Below, in pieces: positions 39,561-52,667 of a stretch of DNA of 64,000 bases. Source of the DNA: the human T2T-CHM13v2.0 reference genome, Homo sapiens; the NCBI RefSeq assembly GCF_009914755.1, contig NC_060930.1; one strand, 5' to 3'. Under the pieces are notes generated by a model, which was not told where the DNA came from, did not search any database, and was given only the letters and a program-made list of their open reading frames with translations. The number at the start of each line of letters is the position of its first letter. Positions within the stretch are counted from its first letter, which is position 1. The translations under genes and the position numbers were made by a program.

Positions 39561-41479
39561 TCTACATCCACTTACTAAATTTAAGTCAATATTTATTTGT
39601 TCCAAATATCCACCATACATGTGTATCCAAATTAAAAATTATCATGTTTTCTTTTTTCAAAGTCAGAGACACTTTGAATACAAAGATGAGACAATGAAAC
39701 CCTTGTCTTAGAAGAACTCAAGACTCCTCTCCAATAACCTAATGGGGCTACATGAGAGGTTCCTTAGTACTTTATATATTTTTTATTATTCCAAATGATT
39801 GTTAATTTATTACTTAGAAAGTTGCCGATACTCTCTTCTACAAAACTATTTTGTTTTTAGGTATGGTTAATAAACTGACAAATACATGATTAGAGGCCAC
39901 ACTTCTTTTTTTGTCCCCGCCTCTGAAAGGTGTATTCCCAAGTAACTCTTTCCATGAAGCTTCCTATAGACCAATCTTGGCCCTAAATCGCGAATAGAAA
40001 GTCACAAACACAAAGACCACAGATCTACCAAGAGTGTAGTTGGGAATTTATTTTTTGTTAGGGCAAATGAGCAAAGTGAAACAGAGGGAAAGTCTTCTAG
40101 TGCAACCCTTCAAGAGGATTTTTAAGTAGGGGTGAAATTATCCTGTTAGCTATACAGCGCAGCAAAATTTTGTCTCACCTACAAGAACCTGGTGAGCCCC
40201 TGTCAGTCATGCCTTAGATTTTTGTGGATTGGTTCATTTATTGGTTTGTTTTAATTAACTGGGATTGGTCTGAATACTAGCCTTGAAAAATAATTGACCC
40301 ACTAGCTGCTAAAGCAACAAAAATGTGTAATTCTGCAAGTGCAGTGATTTGGTCCTATCATCATCTGACTCGGCTATGAATTGTAGTTTCATCCTTATTA
40401 CCCAGGTGAACATCATGCAAGCCAATGTCACTCTCTGAATTTCAGTTACAAGAGCTTTATAAACAGGATGATGCTATCAACCTCACTGGTGGTAGCCTGG
40501 CTAACTGAAAGACTAAAAAGAAGCATTTGTCCAGTATCTGACACAGCATTTCCACATGATAAATATCTACTGTGATTAATGTTATTATACACCTCTGAAG
40601 TAGCTTCAAATATACCATTGTGGGAAGACTGATAATTGTACAACCGTAAGAGTATAACGTGGTTGTTCCTAAGATAATCCTTGGCCTTTCTCTGAGCCAG
40701 TGCATCTTGCTTATTTTTCTGTGGAAACATAGAAAATCTGTATTTGAGGATTAACTGCTAGACTCAATGGACATGACAAGTGTGGGGTTACATATTATCC
40801 CATAGCAACTGGCACATAATAAAGACTTAACAAATATTTGTTGCATGAATGAACAAATCTATACAATTTTATCCCATTCATACATAGATGTAGAAGAGCT
40901 TCCTTCACCTTTCTCTATGAAAAACTAAAGGTCTTCCTTCTGCCTGTTTATAGAAGCCTATTCTTCATTGCATGGCTTAGAAACATGTCTTGTTATCTTA
41001 CATAATCTCAGCAAATTCTCTTCTACATGTATTCATAAAATGTTACAGTGGGGTAGTATGCTGGAATGGGAAGAGAAGGGATAAAGAGAGAAAGGACCAG
41101 ATCCCAAGTTATGTTGCGGTTTTCTCAGGAAAAAATATGATAGATTGGTGCTACTTTCAAGATTCTGAATGGCAAGAATTGTGGGAGATAATGAGGAAGG
41201 TACCTTAGTTGTTTGGGCTGTGAATAGGACATTTTTATTTTACAAGATGGATTTTTACATAAAGTAGATTAATAACATTTAAGCTTATGGGTCTGTTTGT
41301 CTCTTAAGAATTATTAATTTTAATATATTGAGAGGTTTGGAGTGGCGTAATAGAAAAAATGAATGAGAAGAAAATGTTCAGAGTATTCTAAAAGATTTTA
41401 CCAGTAGCCACTGCTGTAGCAAAAAAACTATTAAGATTCTATTGAGATTGTATCAACATGATGAATTTTCACATGTATA

Positions 41480-41835
41480 CTCCTTTCTGTCTTTCCTCTC
41501 CCTCCTTCCTTCCCTCCTTCCTTCCTTTCTTCCTTCCTTCCTTCCTTCCTCTCTCTCTTCCTTCCTTCCTCTCTCTCTTCCTTCCTTCCTCCCTCTCCTT
41601 CCTCTCTCTCTTCCTTCCTTCCTTCCTCTCTCTTCCTTTCTTCCTTCCTCCCTTCCTTCCTCTCTCTCTTCCTTCCTTCCTTCCTCTCTCCCTTCCTTCC
41701 TTCCTCCCTCTTTCTTCCTTCCTTCCTTCCTCCCTCCCTCCCTCTCTCTCTCTCTTTCTTCCTTCCTTCCTTTCTGCCTTCCTGCCTTCCTCTCTCTCTT
41801 CCTTCCTTCCTTCCTTCCTCCCCTTTTTTCTTTCA
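41480..41835. repeat. (CCTT)n/(CT)n polypyrimidine tract
   Basis: About 350 bp of almost purely C/T; source of the ORFs at 41442-41870. Confidence 0.98.
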
Positions 41836-42689
41836 ATTCTCTCACTTTGCTGTTAAAGAAGAGCCACTGAGAGTCACTTGATTCAAAACAGAGCCCCTGG
41901 ACACTTCCATTCTAGCTGGTGGTCAATGTTCTGGAGAAATACACATTTGGTTTGCATGCCTCTTATTTATTCTAAATTATGAATGCCTCAGAGGTTGCTT
42001 GCTTCACTTTGTAGAAATTTTTCACTGAAAAGTTCATTTCTATTTAAAATGTATGAAATACTTAATTGGCATTGGGGAAGGATGGCAGGCCCAGGGTGGT
42101 GCAAGAGGCAGTTTCCTTCAATCTTTCAATACTTCCTCTATGATAAAAGACAACTAGTGGAGCCTGCCATGAGGGTAGTTTATTAACTTGTTTCTCCTCC
42201 TCCACAGAACTCTGGCAGTTCATCAGTGTCGCAGGCATATGGGAAGGACTCCTGTTTTAAAGGCCTAAGAGGACCCATGTCCTGTTTTTCAATATTAACA
42301 CCAAATACTGTTTCAAGCTGAGCAGAACTGCCTAAGAATTAAAAATAGAGACTTGTTTGATCTGAGAAAAAGACAGAAAAATGACTCCTATAGAGTTTGA
42401 AATGGAGAAAGTCTCCAGAGACAGTTAATTGCTCCTCCCTTCTAAATACTGCTCAAAAACAGATAGAAACAAATCTCTGTCTGGTGATATTGCAATATGC
42501 AAATTGATAGACCAAGAATAAACATATTAGCTAATAGCTTCAAAAACCAGCCAAGAGCTCGAGTTGCATAAGAAAACTAGTGCTTTTCTTGGGAAAGCAA
42601 AAATAGAGGTTGTTTTGAACTCTGCAATAGAATCATTGCACTTACAGGGTCTCTCATGAATAATTGATACAATATTTGTCAGGAAACAA

Positions 42690-43550
42690 CAAGTTCTGAA
42701 AACAAAGGAGTTAGGTTTCTAGTCAAGAAGTTAGAAAAACAGGAAAAGAGCAAACCCTTAAATGCAGGAAAAAGGAAATAATAAAGACAAAGATAGAAAT
42801 CAGTGGAACAGATGAACAACAATACAATAGAAATTAGACAAATCAAAATCTTTCTCTTAAAAGTTTAATAAAAGAAATGGACAACTAGCATGGTAATTAA
42901 GACAAATCAAAAATGCAAATACTCAAAGAAAGACAAAGGGCATAGTTATAGGCACAACATAAATTTAACATAAAATGTATTGTAAAACAAATCAGAAACT
43001 TTTGTCTCAGTCCATTTGTGTTGCTATAAAGGAATACCTGAGGCTAAGTAGTTTATAAAGAAAATAGGTTTATTTGGCTCACTGTTCTTCTGCAGGCTGT
43101 GCAAAAAGGAGGGCTCTGGCATCTGCATCTGGTGAGGGCCTCAGGCTGCTTCCACTCGAGGCAGAAGGGGAAGGGGAGCCTGTGTGTGCAGAGATCACAT
43201 GGCAAGAGAGGAAGCAGGAGAAAAGGAGGGAGGAGCCAGCCTCTTTTTAACAAGCAACTCTTGCAGAACTCACATGTTACAGAGAGGATGGCGCCATTCA
43301 TGAGGAATCCACCTCAATGAGCCAAATACCTCCCATTAGTCCTCACCTCCAATATCGGCTGTCAAATTTCAACATGAGGTTCTGAGGAAAAACATCGAAA
43401 CTATGGCAACTGGAAAGAGTAAAAAATACCAAAGTTGATGGAAAAAATGATCAGCAGGAAAATTCAACTAGGACAATAAGCATGAAAGAACTCAAAGACC
43501 ACCCCTTTTAAAAAGCCCCCAGTCCACATGATTTTCTTCATATTTTATAC
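42690..43550 (+). mobile_element. Decayed L1M ORF2 fragment interrupted by MSTB
   Basis: A-rich AGAAGTTAGAAAAACAGG...GGAAATAATAAAGA motifs. Confidence 0.6.
43003..43408 (-). mobile_element. MSTB-like MaLR solo LTR
   Basis: TGTCTCAGTCCATTTGTGTTGCTATAAAGGAATACCTGAGGCT...AAATTTCAACATGAG...AAACTATGGCA. Confidence 0.92.
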
Positions 43551-43574
43551 TAAAATTTTCCTAAAAATTAAAGA

Positions 43575-46500
43575 CTTTAAAAATAATTTTAGACTTTCAG
43601 AAGAGTTGCAAAGAGTACAGAGTTTCTATATTCCTTTTACTCAGCTTCCCCAAATTTTGAACTTTACGTTACCATGATAAAATGACCAAAACTAAGAAAT
43701 TAACATTTGGATGTCCCGGTTTTTCAGCAAGTTTATTTTCTGTTCAGAATCCAATCCAGATACCATATTGCATTTAATTGTCATGCCTCCTTAGCCTCCT
43801 CCAAGCTATGATTATTCTTAGTCTTCGCTTTTAGGACCTTGACATTTTTGAAGAGTACTGGTCAACAATTTTGTAACATTTTCCTTCTTTTAGGTTTGCC
43901 TGATGGGCATTTCTCGTGATTAGACTGGTATCATAAATCTTGAGGAAAAATACCATTCAGTGATATGCCCTCTCATTGCATCATATAAGGTATATTACAC
44001 ATAGCATTCTGTATGATCACTGGTGATGTGAACCTGGCCACTTGGTTAAGATAGCGTCTGCAAGTGTCTGAGGAATTTACTCTGGTTCTCTTTCTGTACT
44101 CAATTTTTAATAAGTGGGACACTAAATCCAATCCTTTCTGAAGGTGAGGGGAATTAACATTCATCTCCTGGAGAAAGGCATATTGAGGAATCTATGGCCT
44201 TAGGCTAAGAACACCACAGCAAGTAATATTTTGTTGGAGATATGTTGGGGCTGTGCAGATGTCTTGTTGGTGTCAAAGTTTTGCCTAGCAACTTTAGCAT
44301 TTATCAGTGGATTTCCTGCAGCAATTGTTGCTGTGGCGCCCTAATAGTGATTTGTCCCTTCTGAATGGTGAGTTGTCCCTTCTCCCACATTTACTTCAAG
44401 AGAATGTCCATTCTTTACTTCAATCATGTAGTTATACTAGTATTTTTGCATGTACATTTATTTTATTCTTTGGATTATAGTCTCAAGACTATCAATATTT
44501 TTTTTTGGTGAAATTATTCCTGCTTTCCCCCACTCAACTTTTTATACGAGAATTTTCAATTCTATAGAAAAGTTGAAAGAATAATAAAGTAAATACATGC
44601 TATACCCTTCGCAGTTGTTAATGATTTGCAATTCTGTTTCTCTCTCTCCATAAATGTATATATACAGAAAAGAAGCACACTTATTTTCCAACACCTTTAA
44701 AAGCCATAGACATCATGACACTTCCCTTCTAAGTTTCAACGTGTATCTCCTAAGAAAAAACTTTTCTCACCACCCACAATACTATTATGTCACCCTCAAG
44801 ACATTCCACAATTATATAAATTATCTATATTAAGTCAATTTTCAGTATGATTAACTGTTCTTAAAATTTCTTATAAAGCTTGTTTTTTTTTTGGAAAAAA
44901 TATATAGTATCCAACCAAAGATTATACACAGTATTTTGTTGTCATAATTCTTAGTTTTCTATAATACAGAACAATTCCCAAGTTTTTAAAATTTATTTTA
45001 TTCACTATTTTTAAATATACACTGTCATTATTTTTAAGAATCTGGGCACCACTTAATCTTTTAAAGTATCTGGCCCAATTTGGATTTGTTTGATTGATTC
45101 TTCATAATTAGATTCAGGTTAAGTATTTTTTGGAAACAAAATTGCATAACATTTCAAAGTACAAGATGTGATTTTGTCACATTAGCAAAGGCAAAGTTTG
45201 CTTACTTAAGGGCATGTCTTAGTTTGGGTTCCCTAGAATTAAAACCTCAGCAGGGATCAGGGTATAGGATTTATTGCGGTGTGATGTGGGAGGAACCTGT
45301 AAGGGGGTGAGTGAAGTAGGAGAGGAAGAGAGCAAGAAGCAAGCAAGGGTGTGGTCTCAACTAAACTTCTGCCTTGGCCTGATCCCTGGTGGGCAGGCAA
45401 AGAGGGGAGGGTGTAGCTCCAGAGGATAAAGAAGGTTACAGAGCTCCTCCTGTTGGTTCCGTGGGGCTGGCCATTTGTGTCCTCATGGTAGCCAGTTGTT
45501 GGATGTATGCTGCCATGGATGGGGTGGGCTGGGGCAGAGGAAACCTAAAGGGCAAGGTGGCTCCCTTCAGCAGAAGGGATTCTCTGAAGAAATGGGGAAC
45601 TGAGCTTTGTTAGTGATCAAAACACAGCATCTGGGCAATACACCCCATGGTGATCTGGTGGAGTATCCCTAGCAGCTACTACAGGTGACGACAAACATCT
45701 TCCCCTTGTAAAGATGCCCTTTCCCATTTGAAAATAATAACTAATCTTTATGTTAAAATTTGAGACTGTGTGAATATCCTATTCCCCAGCAACGCTTTAC
45801 CCAAAGGAGGTAGTATCCATTGATCATTGTTTCCAAAACCAATTATGATGAGATAGTTGCAAAATAATGATTTTTCTCCTAATTTGAGCTTTTCTTCTAT
45901 ATGTATTGGCTTGTGTTCTTTTGTAAAGAAAAGCTCTTTCTCTCTTACCACTTCTCATTTTTGGTACTGCTATACACCATGCAAATATCTGTAATTTAGT
46001 GTGTTATCATCTGTTATGTTTCTCATCTTGCTCAGCTGTCACAAATTTGGCCAGTGGGAATCACTTCAAGCTGGTTCCTGTGCCATTTCTGACATGTCCC
46101 CATTAATCTGAGCACTCTCTTCAGTCTCACCTGGTACTTTTCCTGGAATTAGCCATCCTTCAAAAAGACCTGGTCCCTTAAGCACAGGATGGTATTTTGA
46201 AAGCAAGAACTGAGTGTCCAGTGTGCTTACTGGTGCTGGAGTATTATTGGTTACATTTCAATGGTCAAAACTAGAAAATAGGGTTTTTTAAAAATCTTGA
46301 GTTCATTCTGATATTTCTAATTCAAATTCAACATCGCTAGGCTCTCTTCACCTTTCTCATATTACGTTTTACTATTTTAATCTCCCTTTTACAGTAAGAA
46401 ATATGTGTTGAATTTAACTTTATCAAAACAGTTTTATAATTATTATATCAGTATCACTACCAACAATATATCTAATGAAGTAAAATTCCAATTTTCTTTG

Positions 46501-47400
46501 AAGCTCTTTTTGTCCTCATAACGTATCTCACTAGCTGCATGCAAAATAACGGGTTCAAATGTTATCTGAGTCAATTATTTTTCCTTGTATTTATCTTATC
46601 AATCTGATAGGTTCATTTATTTTCTGTTGATATTCCATTTTAAGATTTGCTTTTTATGTTCTTTTTATTTAATATTTTTAACATGAAAAATAAACCTCTA
46701 TGGTTCAAAAGCTAAAAATATATTACAAAGTATCCTTAGAAAGTTTGTTTCCCTCTTCAGTCCTTCCACACCATTACCATCCATCACCTAGAGGCAAACA
46801 TTTTTATTAAATTTTCATCTATCCTTTCTGCATTTCTTTTAAAAAAATGGAAAAAATAATTATTTTTGTTCCACAAAAAAGTAGCTTACTATATACACAA
46901 TTTTGATCTTGATAGTATGTTGTAAAAAATCAATCTATTTCCTTCGTAGAGCAACATAAATGCGCAATAGTGAACTTCATAGAGGTCTTCCTCATTCATT
47001 TCATGTCCACATAATATTTCATTGGCTTATTCAAGCAGTTCACTATTAGTGAGCATTTAGGCTGGTTCTGATGTTTTACTGTGACAATGAATAACCCTTG
47101 TGAATATGATGTTTCATGTTTTCAGAAATGTACTAGCAGGTATGTCTGTCAAATGGGGATTTCTGAATCAAAGGAGAAATCTGAATACTGTTTTGCCAAA
47201 TTTCTTCTTCATATGGGTTGCACCATTTAGCACTGCCATCAGTAATAAATGTAAATATCTGTTTCACTTGTCCTCACCAATGGAGTGTCAAGGGTTTGAA
47301 TTTTGGCTTGTCTGGAAAGTGAGAAATAGTAGTTATAGTTTGTATTTCTCTTATTATAAATGTGTGTATATTTTTTGTAGGCTGTGTGTTTGTCTTTTTC
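43575..47400 (-). mobile_element. L1MC-type 3' end fragments, several and nested
   Basis: AATAATTTTAGACTTTCAGAAGAGTTGCAAAGAGTACAGAG; ATCCAATCCAGATACCATATTGCATTTAATTGTCATG; TTGGCCAGTGGGAA...TTCAAGCTGGTTCCTGTG. Confidence 0.8.
45216..45683 (-). mobile_element. LTR16-type ERVL solo LTR inserted in L1MC
   Basis: TGTCTTAGTTTGGGTTCCCTAGAA...GATTTATT...GGGGGTGAGTGAAGTAGGAGAGG; ends in ...CTACTACA. Confidence 0.7.
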
Positions 47401-47979
47401 ACCTACTTTTTCTCCTTATATTTTAGGTCCCATAGATTCTTATATGTAGTTTTCATTAGATCTAAAAATTCTGAAATTTTGGCTTGTTTAACCCTTTTCT
47501 TCTAAGATTTACTTATTAGAAACCTGTTTGTATTTAAATTTCTAAGTTGAAGACTTTTTATTTTTCTTTTTTCTTTTTTTAATTTTTGCTTTCTTTGAAT
47601 AGATAATTTTTTTAAATTATACTTTATGAAATTTGAGATTTTCCTTTCTGACATAGTATCTAGTCAATTATGAATATTTGATATGCAATTAAAAAGAAGA
47701 AATATTATATATTATTGGGACATAAATTTTGATACATCCATAAGATATAATTGCTGATTGGGCTATGTTTTTTATATACTCCCTTATTTGTTTCCACTGG
47801 ATTAATCTAAACCAGAAAGCTGTGTGTTATATATGCTATTTTAAATGGATTTCTCTTTGATCTTCCTTAGTTTCTGCCATAGGAATGTATTATTTGAGGC
47901 ATAGATTTTATAATTTTTGTATCTTCCTTGTAAATTAATGAATTTAATTACATGAAGGTAAGAATTGCAGTTCACAAAT

Positions 47980-48480
47980 CATGCCATGTACAAAGACAAC
48001 AGAAAAATGAGAGATTTAGGAAGAGTCTTTTCAATATTTAGAATCAACAAAGAACAAATATCTAGATTATATAAAGGATTCCTATAAACCAACAAGAAAA
48101 AGAAAGAAAGGCTTAATGAGAAAATAGGAAAAATATAGGAACAGGGAGAAGAAGAAACAACAAAACCAAGAAAGTGCATAAAGATATACACAAATTCTTC
48201 TGCCATTAGACATATGCATGTTAAAACAGTGAGATTACTTTAAACCTGTTAGGACGTCAACAATCAGAAAGCAGGATAATGCTAGTGGTAGAAGGGATGT
48301 GAGGGTAACAACACCGTATTCAGTGCCAATGTCCTTTTGCATAGCATTCAGTAGTAGTCAAATCAAATTTAAATATACTGTATACCAAAGTGTATATGCC
48401 AAATTGTGAAGCAGGTTCATAAAGGGATGAGTGTGCAGGTTCATTGTAGTGCTGTCTGTGGTGGTGTTGACTATGAGAAG
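47980..48480 (+). mobile_element. Decayed L1ME ORF2 3' fragment
   Basis: TCTAGATTATATAAAGGATTCCTATAAACCAACAAGAAAAAGA. Confidence 0.6.
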
Positions 48481-48919
48481 GAAGAAATATAATTAGACTG
48501 TGTTTTAATACACATTAAACAAACGCCTAGTCAATTTCCAGCCTACACGATGTCGGCCCCCGTGATCCAGTACACATTCGTTTTTCTAGCTGTGATCATC
48601 TTCTCTACTCACATGAACTTTTTACATCTCTCTCTTTTTTAGCTTTTTTCCCCCCCAGGAAAATATATTTATTCAAATTCTCTTTTCAGTTCTCTCCAGT
48701 GTCTTCCCGCATTACGTTTTTGGTTTTGTTACAGCACTTGACACTATGATGTACTATTGGCTAGGTACTTAGCCTGGTATTTATACATGAGACCTTGCAT
48801 TTCATCAAACATATTTTAAATATATCAGAGTTAAGGACATTTTCAACAATCATTCCTTCTAATAGGACTTAAATGGCAAAGTGTTTGTGTAATATTAAGA
48901 TTTTTAAAAATATTTGAAC

Positions 48920-51900
48920 ATCAACCAAATGTAAGCTGGTGTAGCTGTCCTAACAGTAGATGAATTAGATATTAAGACAAGAAGCTTTCCTGGAGAGAAA
49001 GTAGAATTCCTATTGATAAAAACAACAATTTATCAGGAGGACATAACAAGTCTAAATCTGTATGCATCCAATAATATTTCAAAATATATAGGGCAAATAT
49101 TGACAGAATAAAAAAATAGAGAAAAATCACAATGGTAGTGGGAGACTTTCAAACAATTTCACCAATAGCTAATGCAGAAGATCTCAACAACATGATTAAC
49201 AAACTGATCCAAGTAAAATACATTTTTAAAAAATCAAGTTTTCAAGATTATATGGCTTTCACCCAGAATGATTACATTCTGGCAGTGTGATATTGCCAGC
49301 TTTGGTGCATTTCAAAGGACAAAAACCATTCAGGATATATTTTCTGATCATGGTGGAGGCACACTAGAAATCAGTAACCAAAAGTATTTACAAAATGCCC
49401 AGCAGTTTGGAAAAAAAGCAATAAATTTTAAATAACCTGTGCGTCAAAGGATAAATTTCCACAAAATGAAAACATTTCAAACCAAACATAACATGAACAA
49501 TTTTAATATTAATAGTTTGACAAATTTAGAAGAAAATGGAAAATTCCTAGATAAGAAGTAAACTTCCAAAAGTAACAAAAAAGAGAGAATGTGGATCAAT
49601 TAAAGGATTAAAAATTTGATTAAAGACCTTCCCACAAAGCAGAATCCAAGCTCAGACTGCTTCAACAGCTAATTCTCAAAACATTCAAAAGTGTTCCTTC
49701 TCAAAACATTTTATGAGGCCAGCATAACCTCGATATGAAAACCAAAAAGGGCATTATAATAAAGAAAAATCACAGGCTAATCTCTCTCATGATCCTATGT
49801 ACAAAAATCTTAAACAAGATGATAGAAAATCAAATGCAAAGATACATAACAATTACAATACATCATGACCAATTTAGGCTTCCTTTTTCTTTCCAGGAAG
49901 TCAAGTTTGGCTTAATATTTGAATATTATTATAATTTATCACATCAACAGAAAAAAGAAAATTCATATGATCATTAAAATAGATCGAGAATAAATGATTA
50001 AGTTTAACACCCATTCATGGTAATAACTTTGGGAAACTAGAGATAGAAAAAACCCTTTCTCATCTGAAGGATGTATCAACAATAAACCCGCATGGAGAAT
50101 AACGCTTAATAGTGAAATAGCAAAATGTTTCCCTAGAGTTCAGGAATATGACAAGGATATTCACCATTACTACTATTCATATTTTACTAGAGGTCGTAGT
50201 GAGTATAATAAGGAAAAATGAAAGAAAGGAAAGGAAGTAAAAATGACATGATTGTATACTTTGAATCTACAAATGTACTGGCAAAATTGATAAGTGAATT
50301 TAGCAAGATCAGATAATAAAAGGTGAATGTAGAAAAAACAGTAACATTTCTATATACCAGCATAAATAATAGAAAGTGAAACTTTAGAAATATAACTTAC
50401 AATAATATGGAAAATGTCAAATATTTAAGCTAAAAAGAATAAATAAGTGCAGAACTTTCACAGGAATCATTTCAAAACATTATTGAAAAAATTTCTACAT
50501 CATATTATATTTCTACATTGATGTAGAAAGGCTTTCAATGCAATGCAAGGCTTTCAATATTTGTGAAAAAGACATTTAACCCAATAGCACAATAAGTATA
50601 AGTTAAAATGCTCATTCTAAATGTACAAATAAATGAAAAGGATTAAGAATAACCAAGACAATCTTGAATAAAAAATATAAAGCTAGAAGACTGACAAATA
50701 TGAAGTCATGTTAAATTGTTGCAATAATGAAAACTGTTGCATTGGTTGAGGGACATACAAATAGGCAATGAAACAGAATAGAAGTCCCTGGCCAGGCATG
50801 GTGCCTCACGCCTGTAATCCACACTTTGGGAGGCCGAGGTGGGTGGATCACCTGAGGTCAGGAGTTCGAGACCAGCCTGGCCAACATGGTGAAAGCCTGT
50901 CTCTACTAAAACTACAAAAATTAGCCAAGAATGGTGGCACGTACCTATAGTCCCAGCTACTTGGGAGGCTGAGGCAGAAGAATCACTTGAACTCGGGAGG
51001 CGGAGGTTGCAGTGAGCTGAGATCACACTACTGTACTCCAGCCTGGGTGACAGAGCAAAACTCCATCTCAAAAAATAAAAATTAAAAAAAAAAAAAGTCC
51101 CTGACACAGACCCATGCATGCCAAGTCACGAGGTTTATGATAAAAGTGAAACTGTAGTATGTATTAGGGAAGGAATCATCTTTACAAAATTAATGCTGAG
51201 TCAATTAGTCATCGCATAGGAAAAAAGATGAATTTTGACTCTTATACCAAGTACAAAAACTATTTCCAAATACTAGATCTAAATATAATAGATTTTTAAA
51301 AAGGTAAAATTGTATCTCCATGATGCCTGGTTAGCAAGAATTTGGCAAACAGGACACAAAAGAATTTAATCCTGAACTGAATAAATGAGACATTGGACAA
51401 CTTTAAAATTAATTTTTTTCAAAGACACTATTAAAAGAATGAAAATTCAAGCTGTAAAGAGGGAAAATATATTTGAAATGCTTATACTCAATAAAGGATT
51501 CATATTCTGAATAGAACAAAAATTCCTACAAGTCAACAGGAAAAAGACATTCAACCCAATAGCACAATAGGCAAAACACCTGAAGAGGCAATTTTACTTG
51601 CTGATAAATGTATTTTTAAAATCTCAATTTTATTAGCTTTACAGGAAATAGAAATTCAAAACTCAATGTGATTCTAACACAAAACGTCAGAATGGCTAAA
51701 ATGCGAAATTCGTTAATACCAATGCTGGTGAGGATATGGAGCAATGGGAACTCTCATGAATTGAAAAGAGAAGTATAAATTGGCATATGCACTTTGGAAA
51801 AAAGTTGGCAATATCTACTAAAAGTGAATATAAATGCCATACAATTCAGCAATTCTACTCCTACATATATATCCTGTGTATCTTCACCAAAAAGACATTT

Positions 51901-52340
51901 ATATAATATCTCACAGCAGCAATATTCTGATTAGCTCAAAATGAAAACAACTCAAAATTAGAACAGATTAAAAAATTACCGTATACTAATGCAATGGAGC
52001 ACTACAGAGCATTCCAAAAGAAGACTTACTGTTATATGCAACAACATGTTGCATCCCCCAAGTGTCCTACTGAGCAAAAGAGACCAGAGAAAAGTATACA
52101 TAATGAATTATTCCATTTAAGTAAAGTTCGTAAAATAGGCAAAAGTAATTTATGGTGTTACAACTCAGGATAGTGGTTACTGTTGGGGAAAATATTGAGT
52201 GAGGAGGCTTAAGGAGAATTTCTGAGTATGTTCTATTCTTTGCCTGGCTGCTGGCTGCAAGATGTGTTTACTTTGTGATATTTCACTCATCTGTAGAGTT
52301 ATGATTTATGTACATTTCCATGTTTGTTATACTTCAGTTG
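48920..52340 (+). mobile_element. L1ME-type LINE, decayed ORF2 and 3' end
   Basis: AAGCTGGTGTAGCTGTCC (endonuclease region); TTTTATGAGGCCAGCATAACC and ACAAGGATATTCACCA (RT region); CAGGATAGTGGTTAC (3' end). Confidence 0.85.
50790..51096 (+). mobile_element. AluSx-like, inserted in L1ME
   Basis: GGATCACCTGAGGTCAGGAGTTCGAGACCAGCCTGGCCAAC; TSD AAGTCCCT. Confidence 0.95.
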
Positions 52341-52605
52341 TACATAAAGCATGGGTAAGAAGGTATTTTAAATGGTTCCCCAAGAGGTGATTAAAAACAC
52401 AGAACCAGACAGTAGAACTGGATGTGTATGTGTTTGTGCATGCACACTATTGCCCCACCAGTTTCTTCCAAACTACAAAACTCCTGCTTTTTAATTGTCC
52501 TACAATAAACGTCTCCAAACTCTGCAACACACACAAAAAAACAAAAACAAAAAAACACCTCATTAATATGAAATGCAGTCCTGATTGTGGAATGTGATGA
52601 CATTT

Positions 52606-52667
52606 TGTGTGTGATGTGTGTGTATGGTATGTATGTGTGTTCTGTGTGTGTGTGTGTGTTGGGTGTG
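52606..52667. repeat. Degenerate (TG)n
   Basis: Direct reading. Confidence 0.85.

Noticed and set aside
39975-40430. Possible old LTR
   Set aside because: LTR-like composition, but I could not support termini or a family by eye.
41442-41870. 130-142 aa ORFs on both strands
   Set aside because: Translation of a stop-free (CCTT)n tract.
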